Below, one piece after another: positions 37,351 to 51,290 of a stretch of 64,000 nucleotides of DNA. The notes below the pieces were generated by a model that worked only from the letters and a program-made list of their open reading frames with translations, made no database searches and had not been told where the DNA came from. Both the position numbers and the translations under genes were made by a program. The first letter of the stretch is position 1. Every line of letters starts with the position of its first letter. The DNA comes from Octopus vulgaris (lineage: Eukaryota). The stretch is from NCBI GenBank assembly GCA_951406725.2, contig OX597833.1:44020001-44084000 (forward strand). The letters are read 5' to 3'.

Positions 37351-39919
37351 CTCTCTCTCTAGGAGTCACTGTAAGACGCTTAATTCCCAGCCGTATAGCT
37401 GTGAAGCAAGTGTCTTAAAATATTAGAATTTTTGTCATTTGCCTTTTTTGAACAGCCCTACAACATGATAGAATACTGCTCATAGAGCCAAAATATAAAA
37501 ATATTTTTATATTTTTATCAAATAATCTTGTTGTTAAAATAATTTATTCAAAATGGACGTTAAAAAGCCACACTACAAAAAGTTAAGCAAAAAATTTCAT
37601 TTTTTATAAAAAGTAATTTATACTAAAGAAAATAAATAGAACACTTTGTATTGATTTGTGCTGTCGTTTATCTTTGGTTGTGTGTGCAACTAAGAAATAG
37701 TTTAGTTCATACATGTCTAGTCCCTTTAATATCACGCAAAATTTGATACAAATTTGAGAATTAAAATTAATAACTTTTTCTAATGGATAACATTTTACGA
37801 AACCTTTACCAATATATTCCTTTAACAATTCCTTTCATATTAATATCAATATAATAATTCTTGTTCAAAATTAAAAGAATGGTGTGGATTCAAAATGCCG
37901 ATGTCGGGCTTTATTACCCGTCAGTCAACTAGTTTGGTCTATACGCTTTTTCTCTTTTGTTCTACTGCACCAGACTTTAAGTATTTTATGTCTAAATGTA
38001 GCTTATCACTAGTCAAACATAATTTTAAAAAACTAAATTTGATTTGGATTAAAAGTGAATTAGTGAGACTACTTGGAAGACGCCAACTGCAACAAAAAGC
38101 TACGTTAAGAATATTATTCAACTACTACCGTAGTGTACACATAAGTTTTTATGTGTATATACAAGTTCGAAAGAACATATGATGATATATGCTACATTTT
38201 ATAGGGTCTACAAGAAACATTCATATATGCAAAATTGTTCAAAATTTTATATAATTATATATAATAATTGTTCTAATTTATTTATTCGTATTAATATAAA
38301 CTTTAGTTTTAGTAAATAAGAAAGTAACACAAATTTACTTGGTTTATTAGAGGAGAATAGCATCATAAATCAATGTTTATTATATATTGATTGAAAAGGT
38401 TCTTTTTCTTAGTTTGATTTATAATAATATATTTGTATATTATTTAAGCAATATTAATACATATTTTCGCTGGTCTCAATGGAGAAATTACCGATTCACT
38501 TATCTTTACAAGACTTTCCTATTCCACCTAGAAAGGATTTCATGAAGGATCTGATTAATAAGACTTTTGAATTGATTCATAGAATCCGTTGGGCGGCTTT
38601 TTACCATGATAAGGATTTTATAAAAGAAAATAACCCTCATAAAGAAGATACTGAACTTTTTAAAAAGATCTTTGAGACGAAGAAATTTCCACCACCATAC
38701 CGCCATTTGGAGGCTTTTGAAGACGATTTATGGAATATTGTCAAGAATATTAAATTTGTTGTATATTCCCTCCGGGAAATTGAACATTTAAAGAAACTAA
38801 ATTCTTTACTATGTGATCTTAAAAGAAAAAAATAGAATTATGGAGCAATGAAACTTATATGATTAGGATCTATTAAAATATCATGAATGAATGAAGAAAG
38901 AGATTACTAGTAATTATAAAGTAGTAAGTAAAAAGTTTTAAGGTTCATTAACTTAGATGCTAAGAAAATTATGAATGACAAGGACCTTGGTGATAGAACA
39001 GAGACGTTTGTGTCTATGAGGCCTAGGATAACTTTAAAAAATCACAAGGAAAACAATTTTTTTTATTCTGAAGTGAGAATAATTTTCCCAGGCTTATCTG
39101 ACCTGAGTACATTAAGTAAAGATTTTCTTGATATGTGTATACTTAAGAAAAACATATAGTCAAGAAAAACATAAAACTTGAACTTTTGTCTAATACACAG
39201 GAAACTATTTATTGGTTTGCTAGACTGGATAATAAAAATAGAAGTAAATTTATACAGATATATATTAATAACTATTATTCTTCTATTAATCCTGTTGAGC
39301 TTAATAATGCTTTTTATCTGCTAGAGAAAAAAACTCTAACGTTATTTTAAAGAAATTAAAGTAAGTTTGGGAGTTCAAAAATCTCTTATTTTATTTGATA
39401 ATAAGTCCTTGGCAAGAAAAAGTAGCAATGATTTTTTGACATTACCATGGGATCTGCTGATTCTGATCTATACATTCTATTTTATTTAATAATAAATTTC
39501 CAGATATTAAAGGTGGACTGTATAGAGATGATGTGCTGTTTTTGATTAATAGTGACACCTTCAGCAAGTGTCTTCTACTATAGCCTCAGGTCGAGCAAAG
39601 CCTTGTGAGTGGATTTGGTAGACGGAAACTGAAAGAAGCCTGTCGCATATATATGTATATATATGTGTATCTATGTATATATGTATATATATATCTGTGT
39701 GTGTATGTCGGTGTATTTCTCCCCATCGCCACTTGACAACTGGTGTTGGTGTGTTTACGTCTCCGTAACTTAGGATGGAGGTGACAAAAGAGACCGATAC
39801 AATAAGTACCAGGCTTAAATTATAATTAGTGGGGTATATTCAATCGATTAAAATCTCATGACGGTGCCCCAGCATGACTGCAGTCTAATGACTGAAGTAA
39901 GTAAAAGACAAAAGATGAA

Positions 39920-39965
<46 letters not shown>

Positions 39966-39974
<9 letters not shown>

Positions 39975-41423
39975 TAAGGGTAATTGATATTTATCAATTA
40001 AGACCAGTGGTCTAGCATATAAAAGAATCCGAAGATTAAAATATTTATATACAGTTAGGATGAACACGAAAGTGGACATAACACGATATAGAGCCCACAA
40101 GTATTTCAGATCAATAACAAAAACCATAATAACAAGTGAAAATATACGAAATAAAATAATTACCCAGTACTAACTTAGTTTCAGCTGTATTTCGCAAAAA
40201 ACTGCAGCATCATCAGCATGGTCCGTTATAAATGTAATTTGTGGACTAAATGATACCGAAATAGCATGGAGTTCAGCCTATTACATTTGAATATATCTTT
40301 CAAATGCCTTACTTGCGTTGAGACCGAAAAAGCCTGGCATAGCAGCAGTTAATTTTCGTTAAAACATTTATTTATATAAAATTATTAGGTAGAAATTGAT
40401 ATTATCAATTAAGACCAGTGGTCTAGCATATAAAAGAATCCGAAGATTAAATATTTATATATACAATTAGGATGAACACGAAAAGTGGACAGTCAACATG
40501 CTAGATATAGACGTCAAATCGTCATTCTCCACAAAGATTATGTTCTCAGATCAAATTTCTATCCTTAATTAATTTTATATAAATAAATGTTCTCTAACCG
40601 ATAAATTAACTGCTGCTAATTATTAGCTGCAGCTAGTTTTCCGGTCTCAACGCGCCAAGTAAAGGCATTTAAGATATATTCAAATGTAATAGGCTGAACT
40701 CCAGCACGATATTTCGGTATCGTGTTTGCATTTATCCAGCAAATTACATTATAACGACCATCTGATGATGCAGTTTTCCTTGCGGAAAACAGCTGAAACT
40801 AAGTTAGTACATGGGTAATTATTTTATTTCTATATTTTCACTTGCTAATTATGGTTTTGTGTTGGTTGATCTGAAACATAATTTGTGAGAATGACGATTT
40901 GACGTCTATATCTAGCATGTTGATGTCCACTTTCGTGTTCAGTCTATGGTATATATAAATATTTTAATCTTCGGATTCTTTTAATATGCTAGACCACTGG
41001 TCTTAATTGATAAATATCAATTTCTACCCTAATAATTTTTATAAAATGTTCTCTAACCGATAAATTAACTGCTGCTATATTAGCTGCGCTGTTTTCTCGG
41101 TTTCAACGCCAAAGTAAAGGCATTTGAAAGATATATTCAAATGTAATAGGCTGAACTCCATGCACGCGATATTTCGGTATCGTGTTTCATAGTCCACAAA
41201 TTACATTTATAACGGACCATCTATGATGGCTGCAGTTTTCCTGCGAAAATAACAGCTGAAACTAAGTTAGTACATGGGTAATTATTTTATTTCGTATATT
41301 TTTCACTTGTTTATTGCTATGGTTTTGTGTTGAGTTTGATCTGAGAACATAATCTTTTGTGGAGAATGACGATTTGACGTCTATATTACATGTTGACTGT
41401 CCACTTTTCGTGTTCAGTCCTTA

Positions 41424-41430
<7 letters not shown>
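39966..41430. repeat. Tandem and inverted array of a ~410-465-bp hammerhead-containing unit (retrozyme/pLTR-like), copy-B specific
   Basis: About 1.4 units on the minus strand (39966-40554), then about 1.9 units on the plus strand (40555-41430). Hammerhead cores at 40163-40221 (-), 40758-40814 (+) and 41217-41278 (+, damaged). Confidence 0.8.
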
Positions 41431-41459
<29 letters not shown>

Positions 41460-41464
<5 letters not shown>

Positions 41465-44282
41465 AGATAGGAGTTGTAAATTCAACCCTGCATGGGATAA
41501 CATATATCCAATATACTGCTAGAGAAGTACCCAATAAAGCTAATACATAAATGTTAAAAATTGCGATGCAATTAATTCATCTACTGTATTATGTGGGTAA
41601 AGGTAAAATTATTACCGTAAATTAATAATACAAAATGAGAAGATGGAGAAACATACCTAAATCAACTGTATTATGTGGGCAAAGGTAAAATTATTACCGT
41701 AAATTAATAATACAAAATGAGAAAATGGAGAAACATACCTAAATCAATCATCAACCATCGAGACTGGATATACTGAAAAAAAGACTACATTAAATTTTAA
41801 AAGTTTTGGCCTATCCACAATTATTGAAAATGAAAACTATTCTGCCAATTATTTGGATGTCAATTGCAACCTTACTAATGGGATACATGAACCTTATATT
41901 AAACCCAATTCTAACTTAGTATATATAAACCGTTCTAGCAATCACCCCCCTCAAATTAAAAGATCACTAGTGCGTAGCATTAATCAGAGAATCTCTTATC
42001 TATCCTCAAACGGGGACATTTTTAATAAGCATTGTGATAGATATAATACAGCCTTGCTGAAAGCAGGCTACAAAAGTAAAATATGGTATATACCCAAGGA
42101 TAATCCTTCAAATATAGGTGGAACCATTAAGAACAACGCCAATAGATTTAGGACAAACAATAATAATTGTAAGACAAGGAAAAATAGGATATATAAAAAC
42201 GATTATGATAATTATAGAGGTGTTGGTAATCTTGGAGCTGTTGACGTTAGTTTAAATAAACTAGCGCACATAAGTGATGGTAGTAATATTAATAATATGC
42301 ATATTAAAACTAATGGTAGGTATGATAATAATAAAGTTTATTTACGCAATAATTATGGTAATATTGATAATGATAGGTATAACAATGATAATGTTAAGGA
42401 TAGTAAACATATGGGATGGAGGAGGAACAAGGTTTTTACTAAAAATAACAATTTGATAGGCAACCCTAATACTGATAAGGATACACTATGGCTGATAATC
42501 CCATATGCATTGCAGATAAAAACAGACATAGTTAGAGCTTTGCACAATGTAATATTTAGGCACTTTGTTAAGGGTAGGAATGAATTTGGTCAATTAATTA
42601 ACAATGGAACTGTTAGAATAGGATATAGCATTACACATAATTTAGCCACCATCATCTCATTTAATAACAGGAAGCTGGATTACTTCTATAATGATAGAAA
42701 GTTGAATTTAGATAATAGTAATTTGCCTCTCTATAATCGTAGGAACAATATATCTTTTGGAGCTAACGCGAACAACCCTCTTGCAAATTATGATGGTACC
42801 GTACCTGTAAGGAAAAATATTAATGTATTAGATGATACCACTAACAATAATACTATTACTATTGATAGGAATATCGCCAATAATGATAAATCCCATCATT
42901 CGTTGAATTTGGGATTGGATAGTAAAAATAATTGTAACACTATTAATGGGAATAGTGTTACAGAAATTTTGGCCAATGTTAGATTACCCCAACCTGTTGA
43001 TAACTGTAATTTCAGAAACAGAAATCAATGTGTGTTTGGTAATCAATGCCTCAAGAAAGAGGTAGTTTAACAATGCACTGTGGATACACAATTTAGCAGT
43101 AGGGTATACATCGGAGCAACTATGAATAGCATGAAACAGAGACTTAATTATCATAGATATACTTTTAGAAATAAAAATAGGATGTACTCTACGGGGTTAA
43201 GTGCGTATATTTGGGAACTCAAAAGTAAGAACTTAGATTTTAAATTAAATTGGAAAATACTAACTTCTGCACCTGTATATAATAGTAAAAATAAAAAATG
43301 CTCTCTATGTATTAATGAAATTTTTTTCATTATCAAAGCTGGTAGGCCTATTATTAATAATATTAATGAGCAAAATTTTTTTTGCATTCATAAACTACCG
43401 TACACTTTCTCTAGATTTAAATAGAACTTAGCTTTTCTACTAGTAATATTTTAACTTTCCTCTATATCTGATTATACTAGTAGTCTTTACAATTTGAAAC
43501 AGGCAACTTATAAATTTATAATTTTGTAGCTACACATATATATAAATATATATGTTCTGTATTGATTGTTTTTTGTTTCTTGTTTTTTTTTGTCCTGGTT
43601 TATAAGGGAAATACACTGTGGCATGAATATATATATTTTGGTATATACACAGAAATATGATATTCATGGGGATTTCCAAAATTGTTGAGTGTGTATGAGT
43701 ATCATAGTTCGGGAACCTGGTTTTAGATACTGTAATACTAATATGTAATAAATGAGAGTCTATATTGAATGTACATTGTGTGTTTTGGATGAGTATATGG
43801 GTTTTTGCAGGTATTTATTTGGCAGCCTTATATATTGTATATTTAGTGTATCTTTGTACTCATCTTAATTTGTATCTAATGTTATTTATTAATAAATCTA
43901 TTCATTTACTTACATTTGGCTTTATACATATTAGCAGTCTTATATATTTAGTCTATATTTGTACTCATCTTGATTTGTACTTTATGTTATTTATCTATTT
44001 ATTTATTCATTTATCTATAGGTAAATATTTACATAATAGTAGCCTGTATACTAAGTTTATATATGTACTCATTTCAATGTATATTTTTCATTTTATTTTA
44101 TGTTATTTATCTATCTATCTATTCATTTATGTATATGTGGATATATACATATTAGCAGTACTATATATTAGGTTTACCTTTGTATTTATCTTAATTTGTA
44201 TTCTATGGTATTTATCTATTTATTTATTCATTTATTTATTTATATGTAGATATATACATACATATCCATTATTTATTATAAT

Positions 44283-44321
<39 letters not shown>

Positions 44322-45551
44322 AGCTTTTACTTATATTTTAATTTTTAATTTTAATTATTTCATCTTATTTTATTTTATTACATTTTAATTTTAAGTAATT
44401 ACAATTATTAACTTATAATTAATTTAATTTATTGTTATTTACTTATAGACTATTTATTGGTAAGTCCTGTTAATTGCTTTATAGGTATTTATATGTCCAC
44501 TGATATTATTTAATGCTAAATCCTGTTAATTATTATATATGTATTTATGTGTCCACTGATACTTACAAATATATATATATAAGTACTACGAATGTTTACA
44601 CGCACATCATATGTGAAAATATATGGTGTGTATGTATATGTCTGTTGTTACACATGAGTATACATATGGACATGTAGATGTTAGTGTAATTCTATTAGTT
44701 CGTTGGTGAGGGTTTAAATAGGAAAATATTAGTATTGTAATAATACTGGATTTCTTACGTAGGGATGCTATCTGTATAAGCTATAAGGAGTTATTTTGAT
44801 TATATATCTTAGAATATTAGCGTATTTTGACTTTTTACAATTAATTTCTTATAATTTAATTATTATAAACCGATGTTAACTTAGTATATATATATTTTTA
44901 TGTCTTTGGATAGACAAACAGAAACGGGTATTCTATACTTTATAATTTAGCGAATGTTTGAATAAAACATAGCGGTAAAGTTTGCGGTCATTTTTAGTTA
45001 TAAAATATTATGTTTACGAAAAATACGGTGTCATATGAATTAAGTACCTTATGACAAATTACACTCTCTATCTGGATATAATTATATGTATGTTTGCATT
45101 TACTGTTTTATGGAAATATGTGAGTGGATCTATTTGTAAATACTTAGTTAATACCACGGCCATGGTGTCGTCCGGGGTGGCTGGATGTCTGCATGCATGT
45201 ATGTGCAATCGGTTGAGTTCCTCTGTTTTGCATGTGTATAGTTGCGATACAACCTATTATATTATTTATTTATTTATTTATGATTTGGTTGTGTATGTGG
45301 GTATGTCTGTGTGTATGTGTGTGTGTGTGTGTGTATATACATATAACTATGTATGTATGTGCGCACGATTTGTGGATGTGCGTGCGCGTGTGTATGTTTC
45401 CTGGCTAACTAACCGTAAAATTTCCATTGTGATTCAAATTTAAAACTATAAGCCAATCGAATCTATGAAAATCAATACCATGCGGGCAGAGGAATTCAAC
45501 TGATAGAGTATATATGTGGATGTCCACTTGCTTTGGATGGTACAATCCTGG

Positions 45552-45586
<35 letters not shown>

Positions 45587-46144
45587 ATTAATTTTATTGA
45601 CTTTTGTGGGGTGACACATTTTAATAGATTGGACTGTTCAATATATATGCCTGCTTTAAATGTGAGTGTACGTGTTGTATTTCCTTGATGTTGGTTATAG
45701 AACTGTGGAGTTCAATATGGAACATTGTTGTGTTTGTTAATGTATATTGATTTATATTGTTTATATTGTATTATTGTGTATATATATATATATATGTAGG
45801 AATATGAGTGTGTATGCACACATATTTGTATTTATATGTAAATTGTTTTCATACTTGCATTAAATTCTCTGAAGAGGCCGAGAGACATTCTTGTCATTGT
45901 CTCATTTTTACCTGCTTTATATGGCTAATAGGTTAAATGGGACACACCTGTCTTCACGGCCGAAACAGCTGTCAGCTACAATGTAAATGTATTTTCTATT
46001 TCTATTTCTATGTCTAGTTATATTTGTACTATATTAATGTATAATATCATTGCTGTTGTGTAATGGTTTAATAAAGTATTGATTGGATATTATCTGATGG
46101 TTGATGATTGATTTAGGTATGTTTCTCCACTTTCTCCTTTTGTA
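41460..46144 (+). mobile_element. Penelope-like element, copy-B specific: RT C-terminus and Asn-rich linker (41853-43070), GIY-YIG (43080-43424), long 3' UTR/pLTR, inverted pLTR fragment at the 5' end
   Basis: YIKPNSNLVYINRSSNHP; VYIGAT…QRLNYHRYTF…STGLSAYIW…CSLCINE. tggagaaacatacctaaatcaatcatcaaccatc (41725-41758) is inverted at ~46096-46129. Confidence 0.88.
45855..45986 (+). ncRNA. Type I hammerhead ribozyme with long stem II
   Basis: CTGAAGA at 45869-45875, stem II ggccg/cggcc, GAAAC at 45962-45966, palindromic CAGCTG, GTC at 45971-45973. Stem I is imperfect. Confidence 0.75.
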
Positions 46145-46153
46145 TATATATAT

Positions 46154-46241
<88 letters not shown>

Positions 46242-47155
46242 GTGAATAGATAGATAGATATGTTTCTTTATTAGCCACACAGGGCTGCACACAGACGGGA
46301 CAGATTACAAAGTAGAGCTGTTCTTTATGGGGGAAAACAAAAAAGTGGGGTAGGTTTTCGATCAAAAGGGATCGTAAAAGGGAAAGAAAGAAAAATAACG
46401 ATCAATAGGGATCGTGTATCCCAGTAATGTCATGATGTAAAGTGTAAGGGGGAAAGTAAATAGGGTTTATCCGTGGAGAGAAAAGCTTTCGGAAAATACC
46501 CCGGTAACCTCGGTCAATAATGTTAAATGTTAACATTTATAGATAGAGGTAAGGGTAGTACAAATGTCAAAACCATACACTTCAGCCTACAAACTTTTGC
46601 TATAATACATTCAAATATGCTTAAGTTAAATTCTTCATAATAAGGATGGATTTATGGTTTTGAAATTTGTACTACCCCTTCCCCTATCAATAAATAGAAA
46701 ATTCTTGTTTGTCTTCATTGAACCAAGATAAGAAACCCCCTCCCCACTGATAGATCTAAGTAGCAAAGTGAACTCAGTGATAAGAAATCTACCAATGGAG
46801 AAGGACATACTACCACCACGTTCTTAATGATGAAATTAACCTCTCTGTCTATATATCTACCCTCTTTGTAATGTTGGCAAATGAAATAAGTATAAATATG
46901 TACATTGTCCATTTAATTAAAAAAAAAACTTCTATATGTGGCTGAAGATTGCTCGACATTTAACAACTGACGTAATACTTACAGTGTTTAATAAAATGAA
47001 GTAGCATGAAACGATTGTACTACACTACCTTGGATATCCTTGTTGCTATTTTGATTATAATCACCCCATTTGATTTATATGGATAATACCATACCAAATT
47101 CTGGTGCCTTTAACTTAAGTACCATATTCATCTGGATCTAAATTTTGCTGAACTT

Positions 47156-47198
<43 letters not shown>

Positions 47199-47492
47199 AT
47201 ATATATATATAGTAGAAATATGTTATAAAAAGAAAATATAAAATACACGTTGAAATGTAAGAGTAAAATATGAAAAATCTACGAAAATGCACATTGCAAA
47301 TAGAAAAACGCTATTTATGACAGGTAACGACAAATATATACACTTAGATTGACTGAGGTAGTAATACGAGTCATAAAAGTCATTATTATGAGGTGATTAT
47401 AAGATGATAACAAAGTAAGAGAACAAAACGATCCATGCTTTAAGCAAAGCTACTCATCGTTTGAAAAACACCGGCTAATATCATATATATAT

Positions 47493-47563
<71 letters not shown>

Positions 47564-48400
47564 CAGAAGACGAAGACAGCAGGTGTATTATGTTAACGCT
47601 CGGGATGAAAGCAAAAGTCTTTTAAGTCTCGAGCCTATGCTTTTCGACAGAAAGGATTAAGAGGAAAAAAAATGGAGAGAGAATGATGACAACTGTGAAA
47701 GAATAAAGAAAATTGGGAAAGAAACGGAAGAGCACAGAAAAATTGTCCAACATGGCGAGATGACCGGAAAATAGAGGTTGAATGAAAGCGAGATAATAAT
47801 CATAACGATAACGGTAATATCCAAGGATCTTAGGTGCACAAGCGCATGTGTGTTTGGGAGGACGGTGTCTGTGAATGTGTTTATGAGAATGGATGCTAGT
47901 GTGTGAGTGGGTTAGCTGAAAATTATGTTGACTTCTGTGTGTCAGTGTGTACATTATGTGAAGTGACATGCATTCCATGTACTGGTTGGTCTGAGTGTGT
48001 GCGTACGGTTGTATCTAATTTTTGTGCTCCCAAGGGGTACGCTACTGACTATGTGAGAAATTTTAAGAGTCTAAAGCAGTGCTTTTCAAACTTTTTGCTG
48101 GAGCGGAACCCCAAGGAAACATTCCACTGGCTCGAGGAACCCCTGTGCAATAATTTAATAGTCTGATGCACACATATCTGCACAGGAGAATAAAAAATTA
48201 CTGCCGATTTTAGCAGTTTTGTAACATTTTGTGGAACCCCTGGAGTGTGCTGGTGGAACCGTAAGGTTCCGCGGGACCCTGGTTGAAAACTATTGGTCTA
48301 AAGCCATCCCTGGAACATAAGTAATGTACGTTCGCAGTTTGGAGGAAATCAGTTGAAAAATACTGTCTTTATACACTTTTACAAACACAGACAGAACGTG

Positions 48401-48431
<31 letters not shown>

Positions 48432-49469
48432 TGTATGTATGTATGTATGTATGTATGTATGTATGTACGTATGTATGTATGTATGTATGTACGTGCGTAT
48501 GTACGTATGTATGTATGTATGTATGTATGTATGCATATATGTATGTATATATGTATGTGTGTGTGTGTGTGTGTGTTTGTGTAAAATTAACCTAGTGTAT
48601 GTGTTGTGTGGAGAAATGTGCGTTTTGTGTATCCCTCTGTATGTGTGTGTGTGTGCATATGGACGTGTGTGTGTGTGCATATGGACGTGTGTGTGTGTGC
48701 ATATGGATGTGTGTATATGTGTGAAGCTAACGTCTCTGTGTGCGCGTGTGTCTGTTGTGTTGCACGTGTAGCCGTTCATGTGAGCTTATTCAGGTGGTGT
48801 GTGCACCTTTGTATGTGTGTATGTGTGTGTGTGTGTGTGTTTATCTGTAATCAAATAGTGTGCACATCTATAGTGTATTTTTGTAGCGAATGTTATCCGT
48901 GTCAATGCGTGTTATGCGTGTTTATGCGTGTTGCGTGTGTATCAATATATTCTCTGTGTTCAGATATTATGTGTTTGTGTGGGTGTGAGAGTGTGCATGA
49001 TGGTGTGTGGTGTGTGTACTGAATTAAACAGTGTGTTGTGTTGTTCGTATTATGGTATTTGTGGCGAGCTGGCAGAAACGTTAACACGCCGGGCGAAATG
49101 CGTAGCAGTATTTCATCTGCCGTTACGTTCTGAGTTCAAATTCCGCCGAGGTCGACTTTGCCTTTCATCTTTTCAGGGTCGATAAATAAAGTACCAGTTT
49201 CGCACTGCGGTCGTTGTAATCGACTTAATATCTATGTCTCTGCTTGTTTGTCCTCTCTCTGTGTGTAGCCCCTTGAGGGCAGTAAAGAAATAGGTATTTG
49301 TGGTGACGCTGTTGAAAAGTGTATGTCGGTGTGGAGTTAATATGTGTGTGTGTGTGTGTGTGTGCGTGCGTGCGTGTGTGTATACTGTGTCTTTCGAAGA
49401 TGAAAGCATGTTATCTAAGATTCAGTGTTGTAACAGAAAAAAATATTATGTTTCTTAATATTAACTTAC

Positions 49470-49632
49470 AAGCCGAAGTGTAAGAAGACATCAGTAACAT
49501 CATAACTAACAACATTGTTGATCTTGTGCCACAGGTATAAGGCAGGAGGAGAAATGATTGTCGGCTTCCAGAAAGCAGAAATTTTACGAAAAGATATCTC
49601 TTACAAATAGCGTAGTCGAAATGGCTAAACAT
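49470..49632 (-). CDS. IgSF receptor gene B: leader/signal-peptide exon
   Basis: Identical [15 protein letters not shown] (ATG 49515) and GCT T|GTAAGT donor. Three substitutions versus copy A in 163 nt, two of them synonymous. Confidence 0.72.
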
Positions 49633-51249
49633 AACAGAATTAGAGAGAAAAACGCAAGTCCAATTTGAAGTGTGAGTGAACTGAAAGTCCCGTCTTCCTG
49701 TTTCATTCTTTTTCTCTCCCTATCTTTCTCTTTCTCCCTCTCTCTGTCTGTCTGTTTCTCCCCCTTTCTCTTTTCTGCATATACACATACAAGGATGAAA
49801 AGAAAGATAGAGAATTTCGAAGTACTGAGAGATTGGGTGAAAGAAGTATTGTGATTAAGAAAAAGACGCCGACTTAGGACGCGGGAGAGGAAAGTGAGGG
49901 AAAGTTATAAGGATATGAAAGTAAGAAAGGGAGAGAAGAAGGAAGATTGGCAAGAAGGAGTTACAGTAAAAGATTAAGAAGAACGTCATGGAAAAGTGAG
50001 AGGGAGGGAGTGAAAGGGACAAATATAGAGAGAATGAGCGTAAGAGGAGAGAAGGTGAGAGAGAGAGAAAAAAAAAGAGAAGAACAGTCAAAACATTTTC
50101 TTTTTTTTACTACATTTGTTTGGTATTTTTCTAATAGATTTTTCAATATGACGCTACACTGGACACTGGATGACATAGCTGACCTTGCTGACCTAGCTGC
50201 TTGAACAGCTTCCTAAGCATTCTTCCGACTCGGTTGATTCATGCCAAAGGGGATCGTCGGTAGTGGTAGGCTTATCAGGATTTCTACCTTATCGAAAGCT
50301 CCTTCTTCATTGTAAGGTTATCCTGGCAGTTGAGAAAAAAAGGATTTACTCCACTCCCCTAACAGTCTGGATTGCTGCTACACAAGGGATTGGAAATGAA
50401 ACGGTATGGGATCTTTTCGGTTTGAACGGCAGTTCTTTAAAATAATTTCCACGTAACTAAACACTTTTAAACTTCGTATACTGGTAGAATGTGTTTATAA
50501 AACATCTTTTTCTCTTGACTTTATTGAGAAAATTCTACAGTTTGTAAGATATTTGTTGTGTTTTTTTCTTAAATTTCTGAAATTTCAACCAATCAATGAC
50601 GTCTATTGAGGTGAAAACATTATGTGCCGTATGAATATGTCCCTCGTTTAAGAAACAGATTGGGTTTATTTACATTTCTGAAGATAAAAAAGATACCCTT
50701 CCCCCCACCCCTAAGCCTAACCCTAACTAACCCTAACTAACCCTAAAACTAACTAACCCTAAACCATAAACAGATTGAAATGCAATAGATCGATACTAGG
50801 GTCATAATTATGGGTGACAATTTCGTATGACACCGCTAGAAAAAACTGCCGTTCAAACCGCAAAGATCCACGGTACGTTCATCTCTTCGAATTCTGACAT
50901 TGTGCTTAGCAACAGGCTCACTGTTTCTTCATCCGAATATCTCATAACTCTGCTTAGTTGATTGGCGTTCCCCTCCACTGGATCCTTTGAAAGTTCCCAA
51001 TTCCTCCTACCATAAATATATTCGGTAAGCGAACATACGTCAATGATGCTGAATCTGGCAACTGAGTTATCTCCAGCCTCAGCCGTCAACCAGCATCACC
51101 TTACCCACTGACCCTTCGGGTTTGCAGACATAACGTTGAAATTTCTGCCACTCACTCTTGTTGCTTCGTGGAGGTCATTTATCTGCTGATCTATACTGTA
51201 TTTGGTTGGATATACAAGCATATTAAAGGAGTCGGCACCGTGGGCTACA

Positions 51250-51288
<39 letters not shown>

Positions 51289-51290
51289 TT

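Noticed and set aside
43765-44388. 207-aa hydrophobic multi-TM-looking ORF
   Set aside because: Degenerate AT-rich tandem repeats in the Penelope 3' UTR.
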